Positions 9,147-17,581 of a DNA stretch of 64,000 nt are shown piece by piece. Numbering within the stretch: the stretch's first letter is position 1; each line of letters begins with the position of its first letter. Below the pieces are notes generated by a model that was given only the letters and a program-made list of their open reading frames with translations, was not told the DNA's origin and did no database searches. The stretch covers positions 6,037 through 70,036 of the forward strand of contig JAGBTM010000045.1 of assembly GCA_017631325.1 (NCBI GenBank). The letters run 5' to 3'. The position numbers and the translations under genes are program-made. Source of the stretch: Clostridia bacterium. Its GTDB lineage: Bacteria > Bacillota > Clostridia > Oscillospirales > CAG-272.

Positions 9147-10442
9147 TCAAAAAATCTTGTTTCCTGAAACGAATTTTGCAACGATGCCCTTCTCGTCAAG
9201 CCCAAGATACACCGCGCGCTCCATTCTTTCAGAGAGTGTTAGTGGCTGCGGGTGAGAAAGCATGCTGTCGTCCATTACAACAGCATCAAATTCGTATCCC
9301 TCATCAAAGCTTCCCACCTTGCCAAAGAAGGCACCTCCGCCCTTGGTGGCAAGATAAAAGGCCTCGGAGAATACAAGCGGCTTGTACGCTTCATCTACCA
9401 TTCTGAAGTACATCTTAGAGACCTGAATTGCGTCGGTTATTGCTCTGAACATAGATATGCTCTGACCTGCCGCAACGTCGGTGCCAAGTCCTATATTTAA
9501 TCCCAAGTCAAGATATTTGCGTATCGGTGCGATGCCTGAGGTGAGGTTCATATTAGATGAGGGACAATGCGCAATGAACACTCCGTTTTTACGCATAAGC
9601 TCCACCTCGGCGTCGCTCGACCAAACGCAATGCGCCATTACGGTCTTGACGTCGGTATTGATATCGTCGTTTTTTCCAAAAAGGTCGTATTCGTTATACA
9701 CGTCACCGTAAAAGAGATTATCAGGGCGCAGAGATTTTACAAATTCTATTTCCCCTTTACTCTCCGAAAGATGTGACTGTACGGGAATACCGTAGGCCAT
9801 CTGAATTTCACGAAGCTGCTCCATCAGTGCGTCCGTGCAGCACGGTATAAAGCGAGGCGTGAGTATAGGCCTTGTGTTCTTAAATTTATCCTTTGTGGCG
9901 TTTATCCAGCCAAAAGTGGTGTATGCGGATATATCCGCGCTCTTCTCAACGAGGCCCTCGCTCGCTTCCCTGTCCATATTAACCTTGCCTACGTAGCTGA
10001 CAAGTCCTGACTGCTCCATAAGCTCCATAAGAAGCTCGGTAGCATAGCGGTGACGGGTTGCGAAAATAGAGCATCTTGAAGTAGCGCTATGCTTAATGGC
10101 AGAGGCAAACATACCGTAAGCCAAATTGGCGTACTCGAGGCTCTCGTACTTTTCCTCCTCGGGAAAGGTATAACGGTTAAGCCACTCCATAAGCTCAAGG
10201 TCCATACACATTCCGCGAAAGGCGTACTGAGGTGCGTGAAGGTGCAAATCAACCATACCGGGAAAAATCAGAGCGTCACCGTAATCGTAAAGCGAGAGGC
10301 TCTTATATTCCTCGGGCAAAACGTCAAATACGCCCTTTGAAACACCCTCAACGCAAACGGCATAGCCATTCTCGTGAAGGTCAAGCGCACTCGGATTTTT
10401 CGTTTGACAAATATTGCCCTTTATTACAAAGCTATTATTCAT
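9147..10442 (-). CDS. guaD: guanine deaminase (amidohydrolase superfamily)
   Basis: 431 aa. PGMVDLHLHAPQY metal-binding HxH, SHLSES motif and a C-terminal GTD block, as in amidohydrolase-type guanine deaminases. Confidence 0.75.
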   Translation of the reverse strand: MNNSFVIKGNICQTKNPSALDLHENGYAVCVEGVSKGVFDVLPEEYKSLSLYDYGDALIFPGMVDLHLHAPQYAFRGMCMDLELMEWLNRYTFPEEEKYESLEYANLAYGMFASAIKHSATSRCSIFATRHRYATELLMELMEQSGLVSYVGKVNMDREASEGLVEKSADISAYTTFGWINATKDKFKNTRPILTPRFIPCCTDALMEQLREIQMAYGIPVQSHLSESKGEIEFVKSLRPDNLFYGDVYNEYDLFGKNDDINTDVKTVMAHCVWSSDAEVELMRKNGVFIAHCPSSNMNLTSGIAPIRKYLDLGLNIGLGTDVAAGQSISMFRAITDAIQVSKMYFRMVDEAYKPLVFSEAFYLATKGGGAFFGKVGSFDEGYEFDAVVMDDSMLSHPQPLTLSERMERAVYLGLDEKGIVAKFVSGNKIF

Positions 10443-10491
10443 AGCGTCCTCGTTTCAAATTAAGATAAATGTGATTTATACTATAAAGAGC

Positions 10492-10620
10492 CTATCGGCT
10501 TTATGCATTCAAAGATGCAGCGCTCTCTGTTAGACGATTATGCTAAGTGAGGCAGATATAAGTTTCTGCCTCGGTATAAGTCTGCTATGTAGCATTTTAT
10601 ATCACGCCTAAAGCCGATAG
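10492..10620 (-). promoter_or_regulatory. structured 5' element upstream of guaD (nested helices, class unknown)
   Basis: Outer 12 bp helix 10492-10503 / 10609-10620, extendable to 14 of 15. It encloses a hairpin at 10504-10519 and a helix 10540-45 / 10590-95, which in turn holds an 8 bp hairpin at 10549-10572. Strand assigned only from the downstream gene. Confidence 0.4.
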
Positions 10621-10686
10621 ACCAAATATAAAAACCAAGCTAGTGTTTATTTTTTATATACTGCTTATCTGGATTTTAACTAATTA

Positions 10687-10908
10687 TTAATAACGGAACG
10701 AGTTGAAGTATTGGCCGACGGCAATAAAATATTCCTGCCAGTCAAATTTGGGTTCGATGTCGTACTTGTCTAAAACGGTATTTAAATCTGCTACCTTCTG
10801 GAAGATTTCCTGGATCTGATCCTTTTCTTCCTGAGTGTATTTTTCGTAGTTATCTAACAAATCCTCGATTACTACCTTAAACTTTTTGATTAATTCCTTC
10901 TTTTCCAT
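10687..10908 (-). CDS. small acidic hypothetical protein
   Basis: 73 aa from the ATG at 10908, which has GGAGG 8 nt upstream. The ORF track starts 5 codons earlier without an RBS. Confidence 0.5.
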   Translation of the reverse strand: MEKKELIKKFKVVIEDLLDNYEKYTQEEKDQIQEIFQKVADLNTVLDKYDIEPKFDWQEYFIAVGQYFNSFRY

Positions 10909-10945
10909 TAGAATTACCTCCATTTATGTAACTTGGTTTTTATAT

Positions 10946-11509
10946 TTAAACGTTGCTGGTTGCGTCGCTAATGAACTGTGTAAGCTCATTTGCGGTCTGC
11001 TCTACACGAGAGACGAAACGCATTCTGTAGCTTCCGAAGTCCCCGAGGTCCAAATATATATCTCCGTATTCCTCGGAGAACAGATGAACGACGAAGGCTC
11101 GGATAAATTCCTTATGATAGAGATACGGAAGCTCAAAGTGAATGTAAGCCTCGGCAATCTCAGAAATCGGTACCTTTGCTTCCTTTGTAGTGTGGATATA
11201 GAGAAACTCGCCGTCAGTCTCCAGCTCAACATCGGGGAGCTTGCAGTACAGAATATAGGGACGAACAAAGCCAAAATAACCCACAGTACAAAAGAAAAGC
11301 ACGCCTACAATTACGACGCCAACAAGAGCCGGCTCGGCAAAAAGCGTAGCATCAACAAGCAAAATGCTAAGAGGCATAACGATTGCGGCGGCGGCCATAA
11401 TTATGGCACCCAAAATAAACTGGAGCTTCAAAATTCCGAAGCTCTTCATTTTTCTAACTAAAACTCTCATTAATTTATCCTTGCCTTTTCCAGTAATTTT
11501 AAAATTCAT
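10946..11509 (-). CDS. membrane protein with two TM helices and a PH-like (bPH/DUF304-like) C-terminal domain
   Basis: 187 aa. Two hydrophobic helices followed by a soluble domain. ATGA overlap with the upstream gene. Confidence 0.55.
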   Translation of the reverse strand: MNFKITGKGKDKLMRVLVRKMKSFGILKLQFILGAIIMAAAAIVMPLSILLVDATLFAEPALVGVVIVGVLFFCTVGYFGFVRPYILYCKLPDVELETDGEFLYIHTTKEAKVPISEIAEAYIHFELPYLYHKEFIRAFVVHLFSEEYGDIYLDLGDFGSYRMRFVSRVEQTANELTQFISDATSNV

Positions 11510-11844
11510 GCTTTCTTGTTTGAAAGAAACTTAAAAAGGAGCAAAACGACAAGCAAGACGAGAAAGAGTATAGCGCTTATTTTGTGAACGGTTGCAAGAG
11601 CTACAAGTCCACTAACGTTCATGATAATAATGCCTGTAATTAACGCTATGCCGTAAAAAGCTCTCATAATAATTTCAAGAGCGGGTATTTTCCACTCCTT
11701 TTTCGTAGCCACGGTGTATGCCATAAGCACCACAACTCCCAAAACGGAAATCGCAATATGCACGGGCATTCCCGTAAGCTTAAGCAAGCATAATGACGCT
11801 CCTATGACCAGGAGTATAGGTGCAAAAATTAAATCTTTTTTCAT
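11506..11844 (-). CDS. small integral membrane protein
   Basis: About 112 aa from the ATG at 11844, with four predicted hydrophobic helices. Confidence 0.5.
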   Translation of the reverse strand: MKKDLIFAPILLVIGASLCLLKLTGMPVHIAISVLGVVVLMAYTVATKKEWKIPALEIIMRAFYGIALITGIIIMNVSGLVALATVHKISAILFLVLLVVLLLFKFLSNKKA

Positions 11845-11869
11845 ATTGATTATCCTTATCGTTAAGTCA

Positions 11870-12553
11870 TTAATTTTTAGTACGGCGGTTGTTGATTTTA
11901 TCAAGTCCAAAAAACATAAATCCTGCCGCAACGAACGCTGCCGAAATGATGGCTATCCACATAAGTACACCCGGCAGGCCCTGAGTTTCGAGATTTACAA
12001 AGAAATAAGGGTAAATCAGGGGTGTTTTAGCTCCTGTGGGGGTGAGAATCGTAGAATCAAAGCCTAGGATTATCGCCTGTATAAGAAGAAAAATCACGTA
12101 AGCAAGAGGAAAAGATATCGATGCGATAGGATAATACCACTTGCACGTCTTACGCTCGTAGAAAAGGAACCAGTCCGCTATGTACATAATGGGAAGCAGC
12201 ACGTGAAAAAGAACGCTTCCGACACGGAAGTTCGCCTGTGGGTCACGACCTGCAGCACCTGCGAGCAAGAGATTAAACACAAGGAACGTCAAAAGAATAC
12301 CGAGCATTCCGATAAACTTCAAAAGCGGTGCCGTTCTGACGTATCCTTCGTCCTTTCGCTTGGCTGTGCTGATAAGAGATGCGAGCATTACACCAAGGCA
12401 AAGAAAATTGCTGATATTAGTGAAATACACGTAGAAATCCCATCTGAACGTATTGACGTCGTCAAAAATTCCAAGACATGCAACACAGCCTACAATTCCA
12501 AGCGTGCAATAAACCGTCTGGTAAATCAACTGTACCGTTCTGTTTTTAATCAT
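11870..12553 (-). CDS. polytopic membrane protein (possibly Pr6Pr-family-like)
   Basis: About 227 aa from the ATG at 12553, which has GGAGG upstream. Six hydrophobic segments. Family assignment is tentative. Confidence 0.5.
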   Translation of the reverse strand: MIKNRTVQLIYQTVYCTLGIVGCVACLGIFDDVNTFRWDFYVYFTNISNFLCLGVMLASLISTAKRKDEGYVRTAPLLKFIGMLGILLTFLVFNLLLAGAAGRDPQANFRVGSVLFHVLLPIMYIADWFLFYERKTCKWYYPIASISFPLAYVIFLLIQAIILGFDSTILTPTGAKTPLIYPYFFVNLETQGLPGVLMWIAIISAAFVAAGFMFFGLDKINNRRTKN

Positions 12554-12602
12554 AAAATACCTCCATTTATCAGTAGATGTAGGCAAAAATAAACGCGCTA
12601 CA

Positions 12603-12631
12603 AATATATAATAACAAACCGCGCGTTACAA
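12603..12631 (-). promoter_or_regulatory. candidate sigma-A promoter for the 12553 membrane-gene block
   Basis: On the minus strand: TTGTAA (12631-12626), 17 nt spacer, TATATT (12608-12603). The -35 lies inside repeat motif site 1. Confidence 0.45.
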
Positions 12632-12641
12632 ATGTGTTACA
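12619..12641. promoter_or_regulatory. direct-repeat motif site 1 (CGCGCGTTACAAATGTGTTACA)
   Basis: GTTACA hexamers 11 bp apart start to start. A near-identical copy lies at 12852..12874. Confidence 0.5.
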
Positions 12642-12851
12642 CAACCAAAAATTTGACATTTTTTCGACACTTGAGCAAGGGGCAGCCTTTTTGTAGATAT
12701 TCCGTATGAAGCATCCCAAATCGCCCCTTGTACGTTACGCTAATTTTATCGTACGGTTAATTTTTTCGCTTCGTCCATATAAATTCCCTATGCAAGAGGT
12801 TTCGCTTAAATATCACAAGCTTATCGCTCGTACTAAATATATTATAAATGC

Positions 12852-12874
12852 TCGCGCGTTACAAAGGTGTTACA
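12852..12874. promoter_or_regulatory. direct-repeat motif site 2 (CGCGCGTTACAAAGGTGTTACA)
   Basis: 21 of 22 nt identical to site 1. Located about 45 nt downstream of the response-regulator stop. Confidence 0.5.
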
Positions 12875-12917
12875 GAAACGAAGGCGGCAGAAAAAATTCT
12901 GACGCCCGGGAAAATTT

Positions 12918-13685
12918 TTATTTTAGCATAGCGCAGGTTTCCTCTGCCCAGCTGTACTGTGTCATATATTCACCGTGAAACTCCGGCTTTCCATTAGCAA
13001 GATAGCTGATATAATCACACTGTATAAGTCCCGTGTCTATACGGTAGCAAGGCGTTTCGTGACGCAATACGTTCTCTGCCCCTACCGACCTGAGCGTGTT
13101 TTTCAGGTCCAAAACGAGCTGTCTTAGGTAGGTCGCGTTCTTCGTATCGTCGGTATCGTCGGGAAACATAACGGCGCATATCTGCTTTGCCGTCATACCG
13201 GCTCCGTTTCTGTCTACGAGAAAGGCAAATAGCTCCTTGGTTTTCAGTCGCTTGAAGACTAGCTTCTCTTCCCCTGCGTAGACCTCAAAATTGCCAAAGC
13301 ATTTTACCGTTAAGGGCTTTGACTTTTGATGCGTTCCCTTAATGTTGTCGATTTCGGTCTGAACGTCCTCTGCCGATATGGGCTTCATCAGATATCCCGA
13401 GGCATGCAGCTTGAAGGCGGGAATAGCGTACTCCTCGTAGCCCGTGCAAAAAACTATTTTACAGCTTGGGCGCAGGTTAATGATCTTCTCTGCCAGCGCA
13501 AGACCGCCCATACCTCGCATGTTTATATCCAGAAATGCAACGTCAACGGGATTTTTTTGCACGAAGTCAAGCGCCTTCTCGCAGTCCGAGAACTTTGCGA
13601 CCTCGGTTATATCCCGAGAGGCCTTGATGGCTGCCGTCAAGGCGCCAAGCATTAACACTTCGTCATCAACTGCTATTGCAATCAT
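12918..13685 (-). CDS. response regulator: receiver domain plus SARP/OmpR-type winged-helix DNA-binding domain
   Basis: The receiver shows DDE.., FLDINMRG and MKP. The C-terminal half shows the FGNFEV..G..L.F...K..ELFAFL pattern of SARP-type wHTH domains. Confidence 0.8.
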   Translation of the reverse strand: MIAIAVDDEVLMLGALTAAIKASRDITEVAKFSDCEKALDFVQKNPVDVAFLDINMRGMGGLALAEKIINLRPSCKIVFCTGYEEYAIPAFKLHASGYLMKPISAEDVQTEIDNIKGTHQKSKPLTVKCFGNFEVYAGEEKLVFKRLKTKELFAFLVDRNGAGMTAKQICAVMFPDDTDDTKNATYLRQLVLDLKNTLRSVGAENVLRHETPCYRIDTGLIQCDYISYLANGKPEFHGEYMTQYSWAEETCAMLK

Positions 13686-15532
13686 TTCTGTGCCTCCTTA
13701 GGAATTTTTATGAGAACCCTTGTTCCGACACCTATCGCACTTTCGATTTCGAGAGTACCGGAAACCATAACCTTAAGCCTTTCTCGAATGTTTCTGAGGC
13801 CTAGGTGCTTTCTGTCGTCGACGTGGGACTCCGTATCAAAGCCGACGCCGTCGTCAACAACCGAAATACAATAGTGGGTATCGGTTTCGTAAGAAATTAC
13901 GTTGATAGTACCTCCACTTGGAAGCTTCATAAGTCCGTGCTTTATCGCGTTTTCAACAATGGGCTGAACGGTAAGGGCGGGTATATGGAAATCCGATGAA
14001 TTCATCTGGAAGGTAAAGGTCATATCGGGAAAACGCACGTTTTCTATACTGACGTAGTGATGGACGTGCTCCATCTCCTGCGACATCAAAATGGGCTTGG
14101 GGTTGTCAAGCTCACCGAAATTTCCTCGCAGGTATTTGGCAAAGCTATGCACAAGCTCTCCTGCTTTTTGCGGGTCGAGCTTACACAGCTGCTCTATACT
14201 GCCGAGTGTGTTATAAACAAAGTGGGGACGGATTTGGCTCATCATCGTGGATATACGGCTTTCGGCAAGCTCGGCATTAAGCACGATTTTCTCCATTTCC
14301 AATTCCTTGGCCTTTGTTGCAACGTTGATGTTGTGGGGAATAAGCTTAAGTATCATAACCGTTGCAACGGCAATCAAAATCATAAAGACGTGCTGAGATA
14401 CGATACCGCCCTCCCATGCGCCAAGACCCGTTGCCAAGGCGTCTATTCCAAATGAAACGAAGGACGAAAGGACACCGAGATATATCCATTTTACGCTCGT
14501 TTTCTTTTCCGAAAATTCCTTTATAAGACAAGCTGAAAGCACGGTATTTGCGACAGCCTGCACCAAAACCCACCAAATCCAGCTGTCATAGAAGAATAAG
14601 TCTGTGATGATGGGCAGAATAAATAATACAGCGTCCACGAGCAGTAAGACCAGAACCATAGCGTTGGCATAAAACCTCGTAGATTTTACAAAGCAGGCCG
14701 TTATCATTGAAACGAATAGCATATAGAGCATCATTGAGAGTCCTAAAACCGTGGTATTTGTAATAATAGACTCGCTCCAGAACGAAATACCGTGGGCGCT
14801 ATACACAACGTACAGACCTGCAAACAGAACCACAAGGCCTATAAGCCAGATAATTCTGCTGCTTTTAACGTGAATTAAGCTTGAAAAAAGCGCGATACCA
14901 AGAAAGACGATGGATAAAAGCATTAAGATAATTCCGGTATTTCTCTGCCCCTCGCCTGCGAGAAGTACGTTTTTTTCAAAATCAATTCCAGTCCAAAGAG
15001 TAATACCAGATAGCATTTCGTCAATGGCGTTTTCGTTACCGTATGCGTGGGGATTATGTACGACGATTTCAATTGTCTGGTCGCTTTCGCTGAAGAAGGA
15101 GTGAGCAGTCCAGCTCACACCGCAGGCGGAGCTACCGTACAAGCGATTTTCCATTTCAATGGAAACGGGCGAGCCTGAGCCCTCGTAAAACGTAAGATTA
15201 ATGTGGTTGGTATAGAACGCGATAGGCAAATCGCCTCTGTAAATGCCTATATATTCACCGTCGGGTGCAAGCATGTGAAAATTGCCTCGCAGGGTAACGT
15301 CACCTTTCGTGGACGAAATATGCTCGCCCTCCACTATATCATGCCACTCACCGTCCTCGATACGATATTCACCGTCAAAATAGACCTGTGCCACCAGTGC
15401 GGGAATGGCCTGACTGCTGGTGCTGTTGCCAAACCACAAAAGGCCGATAGCAAGGGCAAACAAGAGCAGAATAGATACGGCCTGAAAATACGGCTTTTTT
15501 AATATGGAAAATTTGTCTTTGATATCCGACAT
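13682..15532 (-). CDS. sensor histidine kinase, LytS/YehU type, with a large extracytoplasmic domain and a multi-TM module
   Basis: 616 aa. QIRPHFVYNTL (His_kinase PF06580-type H box), HATPase N and G boxes, about 7 TM helices after a ~170 aa outside domain. Overlaps the RR start by 4 nt. Confidence 0.85.
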   Translation of the reverse strand: MSDIKDKFSILKKPYFQAVSILLLFALAIGLLWFGNSTSSQAIPALVAQVYFDGEYRIEDGEWHDIVEGEHISSTKGDVTLRGNFHMLAPDGEYIGIYRGDLPIAFYTNHINLTFYEGSGSPVSIEMENRLYGSSACGVSWTAHSFFSESDQTIEIVVHNPHAYGNENAIDEMLSGITLWTGIDFEKNVLLAGEGQRNTGIILMLLSIVFLGIALFSSLIHVKSSRIIWLIGLVVLFAGLYVVYSAHGISFWSESIITNTTVLGLSMMLYMLFVSMITACFVKSTRFYANAMVLVLLLVDAVLFILPIITDLFFYDSWIWWVLVQAVANTVLSACLIKEFSEKKTSVKWIYLGVLSSFVSFGIDALATGLGAWEGGIVSQHVFMILIAVATVMILKLIPHNINVATKAKELEMEKIVLNAELAESRISTMMSQIRPHFVYNTLGSIEQLCKLDPQKAGELVHSFAKYLRGNFGELDNPKPILMSQEMEHVHHYVSIENVRFPDMTFTFQMNSSDFHIPALTVQPIVENAIKHGLMKLPSGGTINVISYETDTHYCISVVDDGVGFDTESHVDDRKHLGLRNIRERLKVMVSGTLEIESAIGVGTRVLIKIPKEAQK

Positions 15533-15841
15533 TTATATTTCCTCCGAAAATACGGGCTTACACGTCAAAACTTAGTTTCATTATACCACAACGCATCAAA
15601 TCTTTCAAGACAATTGGCAATATTATTTATTTTAATATAACTTTGAAAGTATTTTGCCTTCTCCTTTCGTATTTTAACTTGCAAATGCAAATAAAGTGGC
15701 GTCCCAAGGCATTTATGCCCCCGCAAGCAGTACAAAAAATCCTCCGTTCAGCGTAACCGACGGAGGTTTTTCGTATTCGGAATTTTTTGTAGTGTGGTGG
15801 AGTAATATTTGCAACAGACTTGAAAGACGTTTACAGAGAAA

Positions 15842-15956
15842 TGAAATTCGTAGTCAAACCGCAATGATATTTACAGTTGAACGTTAATGATATTTATAAT
15901 TGAACGTTAATGATATTTACAGTTGAACCGTAACGATATTCGTAGTGAAATGGAGC
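15842..15956. repeat. five tandem 23 bp repeats (TGATATTTACAGTTGAACGTTAA consensus)
   Basis: Units at 15842, 15865, 15888, 15911 and 15934. The central three are nearly identical and the outer two are degenerate. Confidence 0.85.
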
Positions 15957-15979
15957 AACATAAGCTACAATTTAGCCTG

Positions 15980-17425
15980 TCAAATCAGGGCTACAATTAA
16001 AGTGGCAAGAAATGAGGTTGAAATCGAGCATATAAGGTTTACCGCACCGTTGGTAACACCCTTGACACGAGAGGCGATGGAGATATCAGAGCCGTAGTGC
16101 TCTACACCGTCGGTGATTTTACCTGAGGGTGAGCGCCTGCGCCTTTCTTGAAGTAATGCACCAAGAAGGCTATCAAGAAGCATACCAAAAAAGGCAAAGA
16201 CGGTCGAAGGGACGACGAGGCCTAAGGAGATGACACCAAAAATGCACGCAAGGGATGATAGTATCAATGCAAAGACGAGCGAGGCGAACGTACCGGCAAA
16301 AGACACACCTCCGTCAACTCCTCTGTCGCACCTCTTAAATCCAATAATAAAATAGGTCCTATCCGCAAGCGAACCTATGCCGGATGCTGCTGTATCAGCA
16401 AGCGATTCGGCAAGCGATACGACAAATCCAAAAGCAAAAATCTCCGATGGAGAAACGATATTTAAAATCGCAAAAGCAAAGGGTGAAATACCGTTTTCAA
16501 GCACCTGAGACAACCCTCTTGGAGTTTTCGTTTCTTGCGTGTATGATGTATTCTGCCCTGTTTTTTGTGCTTTATTTTTGATTTTATCCGTAACGGTTGC
16601 CAAGGAAAAATAGATTAGTAGGATTACTGCTCCTGCGTTGCCAAGCGACGCTGTGCTTACCAACGCGAGCAATGCCGCACCGACGGCGGCAGGTGGTGTC
16701 AAGGCTTCGCCATTGCATATTAGAGCGAGGGTAAGAGGTAGTATTGCAAGAGTTAAGGCATAGCTCTCGATAACGGGAAAAAGGTAGATAAGATATGTGA
16801 ATACAGCCGTGGATAACGGAACTGCCAGGTTATCCGTTCCCCTTTTTGACACAAGCTCAGCCGAGGCGCAAAGCAGCGAGATTTCGAGAATTGCAAGGGG
16901 CGATATCGGATACCCGTAGGCCTTTGAAAAAATGAAAATACTCACGAGCGAGCTTAAAAATACCGTTAGCGTTCCAAGGGCAGTTTTGGTGCCATAGAGG
17001 GCTCTATTTCCCTTTTTGACAGCGCCGCCTACAACACCTCCAAGGCCATCGCCTACCGAGGTGCAAAGTACAGCTACACCGAACGGATAAATCAATTCGG
17101 GTACGAATGCGCACGCAAGCGCGAGCATGCTCATAGCCACACCGTAATACACGGTGCCCGGGGCGTTATCTTCTGAGGAGCTGATAGCAGTCAACAGGCC
17201 CATCTTATATTCAATTATAAGCGCTGCCGTAAACATAAGGCAAATTAAGAAAAAATGGATGCCACAGCCCACGGTATGATATAAAACGAACCACTCTCCG
17301 CCTATGAGAATATGCACGAGCTTTCGGGTGTATTTTTTATCCAAACCAAGCTTATAAAACAACCCACCGACCAAAACGGCCGCAGCACCGTATAAAATGC
17401 TGAGTATATACCCTAAAGCTATCAT
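15980..17425 (-). CDS. fusion membrane protein: polyprenol/phytol-kinase-like (CTP-dependent kinase family) N-terminal half plus DUF92/TMEM19-like C-terminal half
   Basis: 481 aa and entirely hydrophobic. The N-terminal half has KLVHI and SVGDGLGGVVG..K..YGTKT.LGT, as in the dolichol/phytol kinase family. The C-terminal half resembles DUF92 integral membrane proteins. Confidence 0.55.
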   Translation of the reverse strand: MIALGYILSILYGAAAVLVGGLFYKLGLDKKYTRKLVHILIGGEWFVLYHTVGCGIHFFLICLMFTAALIIEYKMGLLTAISSSEDNAPGTVYYGVAMSMLALACAFVPELIYPFGVAVLCTSVGDGLGGVVGGAVKKGNRALYGTKTALGTLTVFLSSLVSIFIFSKAYGYPISPLAILEISLLCASAELVSKRGTDNLAVPLSTAVFTYLIYLFPVIESYALTLAILPLTLALICNGEALTPPAAVGAALLALVSTASLGNAGAVILLIYFSLATVTDKIKNKAQKTGQNTSYTQETKTPRGLSQVLENGISPFAFAILNIVSPSEIFAFGFVVSLAESLADTAASGIGSLADRTYFIIGFKRCDRGVDGGVSFAGTFASLVFALILSSLACIFGVISLGLVVPSTVFAFFGMLLDSLLGALLQERRRRSPSGKITDGVEHYGSDISIASRVKGVTNGAVNLICSISTSFLATLIVALI

Positions 17426-17581
17426 ACCTATCCTCCCTCTTTTTCATTTTTGCCTTTGAATATTTTTTTAATTTTGGATTTTATTCGTTTGATTTATTTT
17501 AGTTACTTACTTTATTTTTTGGGGTTACTTGTTTGGTCTATTGCATTTTGGCGATTTCGCTTATTTATACCATTTTATTTT

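Noticed and set aside
10556-10595. Plus-strand string AAGUUUCUGCC...CUAUG resembling the J2/3 and P1 segments of a purine riboswitch.
   Set aside because: The required three-way junction cannot be drawn, because the P2 partner is consumed by the 8 bp hairpin. The match is also on the strand opposite to guaD, with no downstream plus-strand gene.
10886-11461. 191 aa plus-strand ORF.
   Set aside because: It is antisense to two co-oriented minus-strand genes that have RBS sites and ATGA coupling.
12706-12978. 90 aa plus-strand ORF in the gap between the membrane-gene block and the response regulator.
   Set aside because: It has no Shine-Dalgarno sequence, runs into the 3' end of the regulator gene on the opposite strand, and its composition is unlike neighbouring genes. 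The gap is better explained by regulatory repeats and a promoter.
15696-15887. 63 aa plus-strand ORF ending in the 23 bp repeat array.
   Set aside because: It has no RBS, and each repeat unit carries TAA and TGA stops. It is likely non-coding.
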